Shown here piece by piece: positions 1-13,743 of a DNA stretch of 64,000 nucleotides (positions are counted from its first letter, which is position 1; the number at the start of each line of letters is the position of its first letter). The position numbers were made by a program, and so were the translations under genes. The notes under the pieces are model-generated. The model made no database searches. It was not told the DNA's origin and saw only the letters and a list, made by a program, of their open reading frames with translations. Source of the DNA: Octopus sinensis (Eukaryota). The stretch is taken from NCBI RefSeq assembly GCF_006345805.1, contig NC_043005.1, positions 95,604,001 through 95,668,000 of the forward strand, read 5' to 3'.

Positions 1-379
1 AGTATCCTGCAAGAACATGCCTGGCAATGGGAAAATATCTCAGTTGGAAACAGGTGACAGCTGGTGATAGATAGGAAAGGTATCCAGTTGTAGAAAACCA
101 GCCTCAACAAATTCCATCTAACCCATGCAAGCATGGAAAAGTGGACGTTAAATGCTGATGATGATGAATATATATATGCATGCATATTTCTGTGTGTTTG
201 TGTTTGTCCTCACAATCTGAGCAGGTTTGCTTTTGTTTACATCCCTGTTACATAGCAGTCCTGAAAAAAATAAAAATAAAAGAAAGATAGACTAAGTGCC
301 AGACTTGTTAAGATTCAATCAACTTAACAATTCTCAATGTTGAAACTGGTGGAAGTTCAAGGAAAAGTTGTTGGCTATG

Positions 380-768
380 TTATTAGCCAGGTGCTGAGAG
401 CACCATCTGAGCGTGATCATTGCCAGAGTGGCTAACTGGCTTCCGTGCCGGTGGCATGTAGGAAGCACCATTCAAGCGGGATTGTTACCAGCATTGCCTT
501 ACTGGCACCTGTGCCATTGACATGTGTAAAAAAAAAAAATTCGAGCAAGGTCGTTGCCAGTACCGCCTGACTGGCCCCCGTGCCGGTGGCACATAAAAGC
601 ACCCACTACACTCTTGGAGTGGTTGGTGTTAGGAAGGGCAACCAGCTGTAGAAACTCTGCCAGATCAAGATTGGAGCCTGGTGCAGCCATCTGGTTCGCC
701 AGCCCTCAGTCAAACCGTCCAACCCATGCTAGCATGGAAAGCGGTCGTTAAACAATGATGATGATGAT
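380..768 (+). repeat. RTE-LINE 3'-end-derived repeat (truncated LINE or RTE-tailed SINE)
   Basis: Same 3' sequence and (GAT)n tail as the LINE end at 58000-58320. Further copies at ~8113-8487, 21987-22325 (-), 36940-37270 and 45720-46264. Confidence 0.8.
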
Positions 769-1879
769 AGTGTATATAGTGAAGGCACATGGCTTCATAG
801 TTAAGGTATTCGGCTCATGATTGTAAGGTCGTGAGTTCAATTCCAGCAGCATGTTGTGTCCTTGAGAAAGACACTTTATTATATGTTGCTTCAGTCTACT
901 CAGCTGGCAAAAATACGTGGTGCCTGTATTTCAGGTGCCAAGCTGAATCTCCTTGAGAACTACGTGAAGGGTATGCATGTCTGTGGAGTTCTCAGCCACT
1001 TGCAGGTTAATTTCACAAGCAGGCTGTTCTGTTGATCGGATCCACAGGAACCATCATCTTCATAAATGACAGAGTGTTTTTTCAAAGTTGCTATTAAAAT
1101 TTGGAATAAAACCACAGATTACAAAGAAAGGAGAGAGTTAAAAGCTGATCAACACAAAGATAGACTGATGGATGGGTGGGCAGTGTTGGGAGTAAAATGC
1201 AACATTTAATACAATGAAAAGAATTGGGTTGATTTTCAAAAGCTTGATGGAAATGTAATTAGCAATTAAATAGAACTAAATAGGTTTGTTTCTGTGACAA
1301 CAATTGGATATATTTTTTTTAATGAGTATTTTTGTTACCCTGTAACCCAATTTCTTCTTATGTCCCTGTTGCCAATTTGCAGATCAGGAAAGTATTAGCT
1401 GTTACACATGACAATAATAAAACAAACAAACTGAATTCCAGTTAGAAGTTTTTAGATTAGTTTCAAGGAAATGTCGCTTGGTATGTTTTCATTTGTTCTA
1501 GCCATTAGACTGCCCATGCTAGAGCACTACCTTGAGGGGATTTAGTTGAATAAATTAACCCAAGTACTTTTTTTTTAAGTAGTATTTATTCATTCATTTG
1601 GCCTCTTGTGCATGCTGCTAAGTTAGGAAGATGTAAACAAACAAACATTGGTTGTCAAGTGGGAACAAACACGATGCAGATATATATATGTATGTGTGTA
1701 TGTGTATATATATATACACATGATGGTTTCCTCAGTTTCCTTCTATCAAATTTCTCCTACAAGGCATTAATCATCCTTCCCTTAGGTGCTGCACAGTGGA
1801 ACCCAAACCTATGTGGTTTCAAAGTGAGCTTCTTTACCACACAGCCATAACTGTGCCTTATGTATGTTTTATATATATA

Positions 1880-1905
1880 TAGATATAGATATAGATATAT
1901 AGATT

Positions 1906-1987
<82 letters not shown>

Positions 1988-2005
1988 CAGACAGATAGAT
2001 AGATA

Positions 2006-2045
<40 letters not shown>

Positions 2046-2100
2046 TGCACACATACATACACACATATGCACATACATACATACAGACATACATATATAC
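1880..2100. repeat. Compound microsatellite (TAGA)n/(CA)n
   Basis: Direct reading. Other large simple repeats: (ATT)n 16555-16675, (CAT)n 25740-25860, TA-rich 26364-26785, (TC)n 31330-31530, (GAT/GGT)n 35088-35322, (TA)n 52095-52385, (TC)n 62035-62150. Most ORF-track entries derive from these. Confidence 0.95.
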
Positions 2101-2368
2101 ACAGACATACATTTTACCCCCAATACTGCCCACCCATCCATCAGTCTATCTTTGTGTTTATCAGCTTTTAACTCTCTCCTTTCTTTGTTGATCTGCAAAG
2201 ATAGACAACAAAATTCATATGAAACTATTCAATAAATATTCACAAGGCAAATTGTTTGTTTATAAAATACTTAGAGCAACCAGAACATTTTTTTGTTGAC
2301 ATAAGTTAGGAAAGCTTAGTTATTTTAATTGCTTTAGCATTATGTGTGTGTGTGTGTGTGTTTGTTGT

Positions 2369-2416
<48 letters not shown>

Positions 2417-3163
2417 TGAGTGAATGAGTGTGCATATTTCTTCATCATCATCATTGTTTAATGTCCGCCTCCCATGCTTTAGAAATGGGCTTTAGGAAAT
2501 TTGCTTCACAACCACATGGTTTCCAAGTTCAATTCTGCTGTGAAGTACTTAGGGCAAATATCTTCTTCTATAGCCTAGAGCTGACTAAAGTCTTACAAAT
2601 GGATTTGTATAGGAACTGTGTAGAAGCCCATCACGTGTGTGTGTGTGTGTGTATGCGTGTGTTTGTGTCAAGGTGCGTGACTTTGCAGTTGGTGTGTTGC
2701 ATTCACAATTATTATGTTGTGGAATCAATTCTCAGACTGGGCAGTGCATTCTGCCCTTGGGCAAAGTACTTGACTTTATATTACTTTAATACACTCAGCT
2801 GAAAATTAGTATCAGTTGCACCTGGAATTTACCACAAGACATTATATCTACCTGTCTAATGAGCCTGCTAATTTTTTATTGCCATCATTGTCGTCATCAC
2901 TGCCATGACCATCATTACCATTTAACAGCTACATAACTGTGCTTGCTTGGATCAGATGGGGTTTGTAAAGGTAGATGTTTCCTAACCCTAACCCTAGCCC
3001 TTCCTGTCTATTTTCAAGCAGGGTGATATTTTCCCAAAAACTGTAAACACACAACTTTACTCGTTTACACCCATGACATGATGTCTAAACTGAGGTTCAC
3101 TTTGATGCATACACACTTGTCCATACATAAACACACACACACAGGTATACATATAGATGCATA

Positions 3164-4434
3164 TCTCTATATATAAAACTGAAATGCGTTTGTTTGTTTG
3201 TTTGTTTGACTCGACCGCTTGGATCACTTTCAAGGCCACTACATCCCGTCAGATTGACTCCAAAATTTACAGGGACATGTAAAATGAGGTGACGATGCCC
3301 GTGGGCTACGTTAGAAATCCCTATCTTAAAAGGTGTCGTTGCTAGGGCCAAAAACCCACTTTGACAAGTCCACTCTCAGTCTTTTATGTATCTGTCTTCC
3401 TCACTCACTCTATTTCCTCCCTTCCCATCACTTTCTATATATAACGTCAATTCGTCAAATGACATTCATAAGCGCTTTCACACTCTCTCTCTCTACACGT
3501 CTGTCTGCATTCATACAGACAATTATCATCGCCACCACCACCACACAGGTTTGGGTGGCCGCACAGCTAGAGTTAGACAACAGTTAATAACATTTGATGT
3601 TGATAATGCCTGGATTGTTCCATTCAACCCTTTGCTTTCCAAAACATTTAATGCACACATTAATGTTGAGTACTGCAGTTCGGTAAGATGCATACAATAC
3701 CTCTGCAAGTACATTAATAAGGGCGATGATATGGCCGTGTTTGTGTTCAGTGATGAAGACCTTAGATATGACAAAATTAAACAATTCGTTTTGGGTAGGT
3801 ATGTATCCTCCAATTATGCAGCGTGGCACATTTTTCGATACGAGATTCATCTAAGCTCACCATCAGTTTTCCACCTGAATGTTCATTTACAGAAGAGACA
3901 GTTAGTTTACTTCACAGAGAAAAATGCACGTCAAGTCATTGAAAATCCAAAAGGGACTACGCTTACAACGTTTTTTAAATTGTGTTCAGTTGATGAGTTT
4001 GCTGCTACTCTCATTTACCCTGAAGTACCAGAATATTACACATACAACAACAATAATTGGAAGTGCAGGTCACATGGAACAGAACTTGACAATTGGCCCG
4101 GTGTTTCTAGGAAGAACGTCATTGGGCATGTGTATAATATTCATCCTACCAAACAGGAAATCTTCTTTTTGAAAATGCTGCTTCATGTAGTTACTGGACC
4201 GAAGTCTTTTGCTGATCTTCGCACGGTTGATGGTATCATCTGCGCCACTTACAGGGAAGCATGTTTGAGGCGCAGACTACTTCTCAATGATGACCACTTA
4301 CACAGGACATTAGCAGAGGCCTCAAAATGAAATTAGTTTATATATATGTGTGTGTATGTGTGTGTGTGTGTGTGTATCTATATATAAATATGTATATATA
4401 ATGTATATATACAAAGTGTATATATCTGTATTTA

Positions 4435-4466
<32 letters not shown>

Positions 4467-4533
4467 ATTTGTATACATTTATATATATATACCACACTCT
4501 TACCCGCACGTAGAGCAGGTCACCTTCAGCTAG
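3164..4533 (+). mobile_element. Internally deleted Helitron
   Basis: 5' A|TCTCTATATATAAAACTG...(GTTT)n start. 3' imperfect hairpin ACCCGC-ACGTAGA-GCAGGT followed by CTAG (4530-4533). Contains a RepHel fragment. Confidence 0.8.
3578..4330 (+). pseudogene. Helitron RepHel fragment (Rep C-terminal part and Rep-helicase linker)
   Basis: DNAWIVPFNPLLSKTFNAHINVEYC...KYINKGDD, RYVSS..AAWHIF, LLHVVTGPKSFADLRTVDG...YREAC. These are Helitron-typical motifs. There is no helicase domain before the stop. Confidence 0.88.
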
Positions 4534-4795
4534 TCTATATATATAAAGATGAGAATGTCTGTCTGTCTGTCTGTCTGTGTCAATCCCTAAAACTTGAGAA
4601 CTACACAAATAATTTCATTCAAATTTTACACATGCATTACTTAGGGTCCATGTAGTGTCATAGGCCAAAAGAAATTTTTAACTTCTTGCCTAGTGCGAGC
4701 CCAGAAGCAATATCATAACATCTCTCTATTGTAATGTCAGATTTTCACTTTAATAGTTTCACTTTAATAGTGAAACTATTAAGTGGAACTATTAT
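4534..4795 (+). mobile_element. 5' portion of a second Helitron-type element, directly abutting the first
   Basis: TCTATATATATAAAGATGAGAATGTC(TGTC)n start immediately after the CTAG of the first element. Its 3' end was not seen. Confidence 0.6.
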
Positions 4796-4847
4796 CTCAC
4801 ATATATACAGGCATACATACATATATTCATACATACATCATATATAC

Positions 4848-4923
<76 letters not shown>

Positions 4924-5073
4924 GATGTATATATATATATATATACACACACATCTGCACAAATGTATATATATAGATGTATATATACATGTATATATAT
5001 ATAGATGTATATATATAGATGTATATGTATAGCTGTATATGTATAGCTGTATATGTATAGATGTATATATATA

Positions 5074-5730
5074 TAACAATGATAAATATCAATGTGAGTT
5101 ATATACAGTAGCGGTAACACATCGTGACGTATTTTTGCCATTTCAATATGGCTAACCCCTAAGGGTGGATGCTACTGTAGTTTTTAGCCCCAGGAGGACA
5201 TACTCCTCCAGCTGGCCATAGACACACTTTCTGTGTCCTGTCAGTATTTGCAAAGGGAAGTCATCCTTCCCGTCTTCAACTATGGCCAGCTGGAGGAGTG
5301 TGTCCTCCTGGGGCTAAAAACTACAGTAGCATCCACCCTTAGGGGTTAGCCATATTGAAATGGCAAAAATACGTCACGATGTGTTACCGCTACTGTATAT
5401 AACTCACTTTGATATTTATCATTGTTTGATTTCACTTTTTCAATATCAGCGACAGTGGACGCTGGAAAAAGTATAAGTATTTGTGAAGGAAATCTAATTC
5501 TCGGCGACAACTATGATTGTCACACGCTGACGAGAGGTCAATACCTCGAAACTCGAGTCCGTGTGTATCATAAGTTGAAGACGGGAAGGATGACTTCCCT
5601 TTGCAAATACTGACAGGACACAGAAAGTGTGTCTATGGCCAGCTGGAGGAGTGTGTCCTCCTGGGGCTAAAAACTACAGTAGCATCCACCCTTAGGGGTT
5701 AGCCATATTGAAATGGCAAAAATACGTCAC
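5074..5730 (+). mobile_element. Hammerhead-bearing non-coding retroelement (353-bp period, 1.27 direct units plus inverted 5' segment)
   Basis: TATGGCCAGC at 5281 and 5634 gives a period of 353. 5074-5281 is the reverse complement of the unit across its junction. (TA)n-rich sequence on both flanks. Confidence 0.85.
5512..5572 (+). ncRNA. Type I hammerhead ribozyme (canonical core)
   Basis: Stem I CACACG/CGTGTG plus TATGAT/ATCATA. Core CTGACGA 5527-5533. Stem II GAGGT-caat-ACCTC, then GAAA. Palindromic stem III ACTCGAGT. GUC with predicted cleavage after 5559. Confidence 0.92.
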
Positions 5731-5994
5731 TATATATATATAGATGTACATGTAATATGCACACATATATATACACATGTATACATGCATACATATATAC
5801 ACTTACACAAACATACACGCACACACATACATAGGTGCAGGTATGGCTATGTTGTAACAAACTAGGTTCCAAAATACATGGTCCTGGGTTCAGTCCCACT
5901 GTGTGGTGACTTGGCATGAGTCTTCTGCTATAGGCTCAGACTAACCAAAGCCTTGTCAGTGGATTTCGTAGACAGAAACTGAAAGAAATCAATC

Positions 5995-6059
<65 letters not shown>

Positions 6060-6270
6060 TATGTAAGTGTATGTATGTGTCTTTGCCTCTGTGTTTCTCC
6101 CTCATCACTGCTTCACAACTGCTGTTCGTTTATTTACATCTCCATAACTTACTGGTTTGACAAGAAGAAAGAAACTGATAGAATAGGTACCAGGCTTATC
6201 AAAATAAAAAAAAGCACTAGGCAGTGTCTCATATTTTTGTTTGCCTATTCAGTTGTATCTATCAATCTAT

Positions 6271-6348
<78 letters not shown>

Positions 6349-6389
6349 CACGTTATACACACACATATACATGTATGTATATGTGCACA

Positions 6390-8052
6390 TTCAAATTTAT
6401 TATATAAAAGTCAATGTCTTTATGTGTGTTTGTGTGTTACTTATACATTCGAAAACTGCTGCACTGATCCTAATGAAATTTGGAACACAAAATCCAAGCC
6501 TAGAGAGAAGGGTAATGCTGTGTGTTTCATACAATTGCATGGATCAAAATTACTGAATGGATCCTTATGATATTTGAAACTTAGACTCAATGCATAAGGG
6601 TGGGTATAATGCAATATGTTTGGTTTGAATTTGAGATGGCTTAAAGGGAACAGAACCCCCATGAAAATTCATAAATTTTCGATGTTGATGAAATTTCAAC
6701 CATGGGTAATTGACACACATCAAGAAGTATTCTCAAAGTTTCCACTTCTCAGAGGATTCTAAGACCCCCTAATGGGGGCCTTAACCACCAAATTTTAGTC
6801 ATGTTTTTATGATCCAAAACTAAGTCAAAAGTACTGAATGGATCTTTATGAAATTTGGAAATTATATTCTATGCATAAGGGCCATAACCCCCATGAAAAT
6901 TCATATATTTTTGCTGTTGATGAAATTTTAACCATAGATATTAGACACAAATGAAGTAATATTTCTAAAATTTCATCTTAGAAGTTACAAAGACTTCATG
7001 GGGACTTAACACCCACAATTTAGTCATTTTATCTAAGCAAAGATGAATACAGTTGTATTCTTAGAAACTGTAGGGTCACCCAAGCATAAAAGATGAGCAT
7101 TATTTGTAATTCAGCAGAACTACAGTGTAAGAGTTTGCTTTGAGATATACTTAGATTGTGATTTCTGCAATGTGGTGCATAAATTGTCAAGTAAATGAGA
7201 GACATCTTTGCCTCCACTGATTCTGTTACAAAGTGTTGAGTAAAGTTATTTGGTTGCAGACCTCCTTTCAGTCTTTTTATTATCACTGGGTCACACATAG
7301 TCCCCAGATGGTAACATTGATTTCAAAGCCTTCCCAGATGAGTGACTGGTTATTCAAAGACATTTATAGATTGTAAATTTATTCTGTCCAGTTACACATC
7401 AGTATAGTGGTCATTTGCAAACTCCAGTGGTGACACTTTCTTTTCTCCTTAGCCCTCATGTCACACAGTTGTTAATGTTTATTTCAGTTGGGTCACACCC
7501 TTCCAATTGCTATAGATTCGTAATGCATCTTACAGCTGAGGAATCCTACATTGGGAGTGGTAACGACTAGGGTAGGGTAGCTGACTGCTTATTGTGATCA
7601 TTTGTCTTTTGGTTTCCTGTAGCTTTGCTCTCTTTTACAAACCCAGTGAACATATATTTCCTTTTTCAAAGAAATTCAAACAGTAGATATAAGGCCCAAG
7701 TTAAAAAGATTCTCAACAATTCAACTTCTCTAGTTGACATTAAGATACCCACCCCCAATAGGGGCTGTAACTCCCACATTTTTGAGCTCCATGACCTCCA
7801 TTTTTGAGGAGCAAATTCCTTTTAACAGATTCTATAAGACTGAAATTTTGGAATCTGCACATAAAGATCAGTAGTATTGGATAAATGTATCATGATTACA
7901 ATTTTTTAGGGTGTGTACAGAGAGAAAGAACCCTCATCTGCAATTTTGATGAAATTCGAACCATAGGTATTCCAGTTCATTAGAGAAAATATAACAGAAA
8001 AGTCTAATTCTTCAATTGCATGTAACACGAGCAACACCGGGTATCTTTGCTA

Positions 8053-8053
<1 letters not shown>
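6390..8053 (+). mobile_element. Probable non-autonomous Helitron with degenerate internal repeats (about 230-280 bp)
   Basis: TATATAAAAGTCAATGTC...TGTGTGTTTG head. Repeated blocks (TACTGAATGGATC, CCCCATGAAAATTCAT). 3' AACACGAGCAACACCGGGTATCTTTGCTAG|T ending at 8053. Confidence 0.5.
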
Positions 8054-8095
<42 letters not shown>

Positions 8096-8485
8096 ATTAT
8101 ATATATATATATGGGCACGTAACAAAACCATCCGATCGTGGCCGTTTGCCAGCCTCATCTGGCACCTGTGTCGGTGGCACATAAAAACGCCATCCGAGCG
8201 TGGCCGTTTGCCAGCCTCGTCTGGCACCTGTGTCGGTGGCACATAAAAAACACCATCCGAGCGTGGCCGTTTGCCAGCCTCGTCTGGCACCTGTGTCGGT
8301 GGCACATAAAATCACCCACTACACTCTCGGAGTGGTTGGCGTTAGGAAGGGCATCCAGCTGTAGAAACACTGCCAGATCTGACTGGACTGGTGCAGCTTT
8401 CGGGCTCCCCAGACCCCAGTTGAACCGTCCAACCCATGCTAGCATGGAAAGCGGGCGTTAAATGATGATGATGATGATGATGATG

Positions 8486-8558
<73 letters not shown>

Positions 8559-9469
8559 GTATATATAGTAGGTTGTTTGTTATGTCTGGTCTGAGAGTGA
8601 CCATTGGTTTCACACTTACAAGGCGCTTTGCTATATAAGTCAGTTGTCAAACTCAAAATGGCTGGAGTTACTTAACCTCTCTGCAATTAGAAAGAGGAAA
8701 ACATCACAGTCTGTCAATTTAGTAAACAAAAAAAAATAAGACAGTTTCCACCTATCAAGTCCACTTACAAGACTTTGGTTCACCTGGAGCAATAGTAGAA
8801 AGTACTTGCCCTTGATACAGCATGGCGGGACTGAACTCAAGACCACATGGTTAATAAGCAAGCTTTTCAAGCATGCAATATATAAAATTACGGAGATGTA
8901 CTTGCATAGCAAGTGACTTGATCTGAGATCGTGTGCTGGAACGTAAACAATTGCAGCGTGGAAGGTGTTTATAAGCCATTTAAGAAACACTCAAAAACCA
9001 TTAGATTCACTTCAACATTTAAATTTAATTTGTCAAAATATTTTCATCACTTTGAGACCGCGACCTGTTCACTGACAAAACTTCGGAGATGCATCTCTTG
9101 TGTTAATATATGAAATGCTACACAAAAAAATACATTGATTAACTTTCACTCTGAAGCATTAAGTGGCCAACCAAATTCCTGGGTGTAGTTATTTGATACT
9201 TGAGTGTGATTGACATCATAAATATTTCCAAGTGGTTTCCCTCTGTAGTCTCCAAGCAAAAGTTAACAACCGGTTCTCCTTTTTTAAAAGGATATTAACA
9301 ACCAGTTGGTGTGAAGTCAGACCAGTTCACCATTGTATTTATTACGTTTGAATGTGCAATCAAAGAAACAATATAAAAGTACTTAATGGAAACAAATACA
9401 TGTTTAATATGTGTGTGTATGTGTGTGTGTGTGTGTCTGTGTGCATGTATATATATATATGTATATATG

Positions 9470-9505
<36 letters not shown>

Positions 9506-9564
9506 TGTATGTATATATGTGTATATATATATATATGTATGTATATATAATATATATATATATA

Positions 9565-9602
<38 letters not shown>

Positions 9603-11573
9603 TGTATATATATATATATATGTATATGTATATGTATATATGTATATATATGTATATATATATGTGTGTGTATGTATACCTCTCTTTCTATTTATTTGTT
9701 TTTCTTTCTTTCTTTCTTCTTCTTCTTCTTCTTCTTCTTCTTCCTCCTCCTCCTCCTCCTCCTATTCATGTAATTTTCATACATGCTTGTTCCATGCTGG
9801 TATGAGTCAGGTGAGACTTCTTGAGACAGTATCCTATGGATGGGGAGCTCCTTCTTATACCAGCCCTTGTTTTTAAGATCAGCTCAGAATGCCCTCACAA
9901 ACTGCAGGACATAAGAAGAATCAACACTGGTTGCCCAAGTAGCATCAATGTAAATACACGTGGAGACAGATATGCATGCATGAGCCTCTTTTCCTTCACA
10001 TGCATAAATAAAGTCTACCTCAAATCTCTTGGCTCACAAGACCAGAGCTTATCCAAGTTTGCAAAGTTTTTAAGGTGTGAGCATGATTCTCAAAGAACAG
10101 GATTCTACACACCACATTAGAAATTAACTTGGCTGTTTAGTGTTTCAATGTGTAAGTTCATAACAGCATTTGCTGCATAACATTTTCTATTTTGATATTA
10201 CCATATAAGGCAGTAAGCTGATGGAATAGTTAGGATGCTGGACAAAATGCTTCGCAGCTTTTCTTCCAGCTGTAAGTTTGACTTTGCCTTTCAGTCTTTC
10301 AGGATCGATAAAATAAAGTTAGAATTAAATATTGAGGCTGCTACTCTCACCTTGCTCTCTACAATCAGAATTGCTAGCCTTGTGCCAAAATCAGAAAGGA
10401 TATTAGTGTATTTGATCACATAAAAGACACACAGGTATATTAGACATATCTGAATTTCAGCAGCACATGTTTAGGGATAAGAGCACTGGAGACTGTGTAT
10501 CATTTAGGACCTGGGGTGAGTTTTTGAGATATATTTTGGAGAAAAAATGATTCATATATGCCATTATATTATTGAGTAGAATGCCTCATGGGATTTAAAG
10601 TTAACTTCATCTTTCATCCATTTTTGAGTTCCTAAAAAAAGTACCAATTCAGAACAGTGATTTGGTGGAACTGCTTAAAGGGTTTGTTAAGATGCTTTGC
10701 ACTATCTGTTCTATTGCTGTGGATTCTCACAGCAATGCCGATGATGACACAGGTGCCAGGCTGTATCAGCCCAGTTCATCAGCTTTTTCCTAGGATATCA
10801 TCAGTGTTATGGAGTGGTGATACTACATGTATGGGCAACTCCCAGGCTTCTTCAAAAAATCTTTCCCAGACTTGCATTTACAAGTCTAGATAAATGGTTA
10901 GATCTATCCAGCTGAGGCCCCTGTATTAAGTTGAGGTCAATAAAGTTTATTTGCTATGATATACAGTATATATATATAGATCACTGTGTGTATATTGGGA
11001 TCATTGACTGTATGTAATTGCATTTGTGTGTGTGTTGCTAAGTTTGAAAATGGAGAGATTCAATGGATATAAATTAATTTATTAATTATTTATCATTGCC
11101 TACATACTTATAAACCAGTGTATCTTGGATAAAAATATCCCTATAAGAAGTCTAAATATCTTCAGAGTGACTAATAAAAAACTAATTTATTGCATATGTA
11201 ATATATGTATATATATATATATATATGTACATACACACATACATACATACATATATAATATATAAATATATGCATATATACATACATATACATACATATA
11301 TGTATATACCTACATATATATGTATATACACATGCATATATGGTTACAGGACATCAAAAAAACATTGAACACAATGAGGAACGAAAACATAAAAACAAAA
11401 ACTTAGAAACGAACTTTTTTCCGAACAACGAAAAAAAACAAACAGAGAAACAAAACATACAACATAAAGAATATTCCCCTTCTTCAGTTGTCCCTGATAT
11501 ACACATATATATATATATACATACACACACACCCCATTTTGTTGCTTTGCCTCTCTCTCTCTCTCCCTCTCTC

Positions 11574-11624
<51 letters not shown>

Positions 11625-12272
11625 TTCATTGCTTCCACATCACATTACTTTAACCTAACATTGTATTTGTAATTCTGTGTGTGGTTGTTTGATGTCGTTT
11701 TACTTATCTACCTTCTTGCACCTCTTCATCCGCTCACACCTCAACACTTATTCAGTGTTCCATCTCCACACCTGATGAATTCTTCAACTTCAGATTTACC
11801 TCTGATTTGTTCATTCTTGTATGAAATATCATCAAAGCAATTAACTTCATTACAGTCTACAATCCTCGTAGCATATTAACTTTACCATTCCTCCTAACTT
11901 TTATTTCAACTGTTTTTTCATCAACAGACTGGATTCCAGGTTTTGCACATTACATACACACATGCACGCACACTTGCTTACAAGCACACACACATACACA
12001 CTTGTATACCTCTCCAACACACATGCATATTAAAGAGCTTATGAACTTTCCTGCACACACACACACTCACACACACACACACACACTCACACAGGCTTGC
12101 ACATACATATGTGTAATTTCTTCAACATATACGTTAATCCACACAGTTTTCTACAGTTGTACAGATATATACACATACATACAGATACACCCTTCCTTTC
12201 ACACACACACACACACACACGCATTACAGAATCTGCATACTTTCCTATAAGCAGCAATCAATAAATGTATAA

Positions 12273-12449
<177 letters not shown>

Positions 12450-13701
12450 TAAAATCTTTATCCTCTGCTGATGTGTAAGCGCAAGCATGATCAATGTGGC
12501 TTACAGGTTAGTTTCCCTGTCACATGCTTTTGGGCCACATTCCACAATGTGGCACCTTGAGCAAGTATCTTCTACTATATTCCCAAGCAAACATTAAATG
12601 ACGGCGGCAGTGGTGGCGGCGACAATGTCGCAGCCACCGATGACGCCAACGACCATTTTGCCTGTCTTTATGTTTTGAGTTTAAATTCCACCAAGGTTGG
12701 ATTTGCCTTTCATTCTTTCAGGGTCAATAAAATAATTACCAGTTGAATATTGGAGTTGGTGTAATTGACTATCGTCCTCTCTTGAAATTGCTAGCCCTGT
12801 ACTAAAATTTGAAACCAATAATCAGTAATGCAAATAAGGTGGTGAGCTGGCAGAATCATTAGCAGGCTTGGCAAAATGCTTCGCAGTATTTCGTCCATCT
12901 TTATGTTCTGCGTTCAAATTTTGATGAGGTCGACTTTGCCTTTTATCCTTTTGGTGGGGTCAATAAAACAAGTACCAGTTGAACACTGATGGTGAGGCAG
13001 GGGTTAATGTAATTGATTTACATCTCCCCTAAATTGCTGGCCTTGTGCCAAAACTTGAAATCAGTAATTAGTAATGAAATAGTGATTCTAACTTATTGTA
13101 AAGAAGTAAAATATAATGTCTGAAACTAATTGTGTATTTCTCTTTTTTCTCTCATAAAACTAAAGTTGAAATATTTAGAATCAAGTAAATAGTTCATTTA
13201 TCAACACCCACCCATCCCAGTTCTTACACCCGGAACAATTGTTACAATGATTATTGCTAAATGATTTTGCCCACACCATTTTTTTTTTATATATACTAAC
13301 CCATTAATGCATGAAGTTTAATTTTTATTCTCCTGTTAATTGCAGTTAAATAATACGAGAAATAAATAGTATTGATGAAAAAGAAATTCATAAAAAAGAG
13401 GATTGTACAATGGATTGTATTCATGAAAAGTTTAATTTAGAATTTAAATAAAATACTTTGCATTGTATGGCTCTGTGACTGTTACATTTTTTTGTTGGTT
13501 GGCGTAATGCAGTAAGGGCTAAACAAAAGAAAAAGTTGTTAAAGAAAGCAGGCATGGCTGTGTATTTTAGAAAGTTGCTTTGCAACCATGTGGTTATGGG
13601 TTCAGTTCTACTGTGTGACACCATGGGTTTTTTTTATAGCCTTTGGTTGGCCAAAGTTTTTGTGAGTGTATTAGGTTGACAGAAATTGTATGGAAGATCA
13701 T

Positions 13702-13743
<42 letters not shown>

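Noticed and set aside
499-751. Recurrent ORFs such as MPVPPDW... / MAAPGSNLDLAEFLQL... (also at 8138, 21998, 37002, 46052)
   Set aside because: Chance frames in the non-coding RTE 3'-end repeat. They recur only because the repeat recurs.
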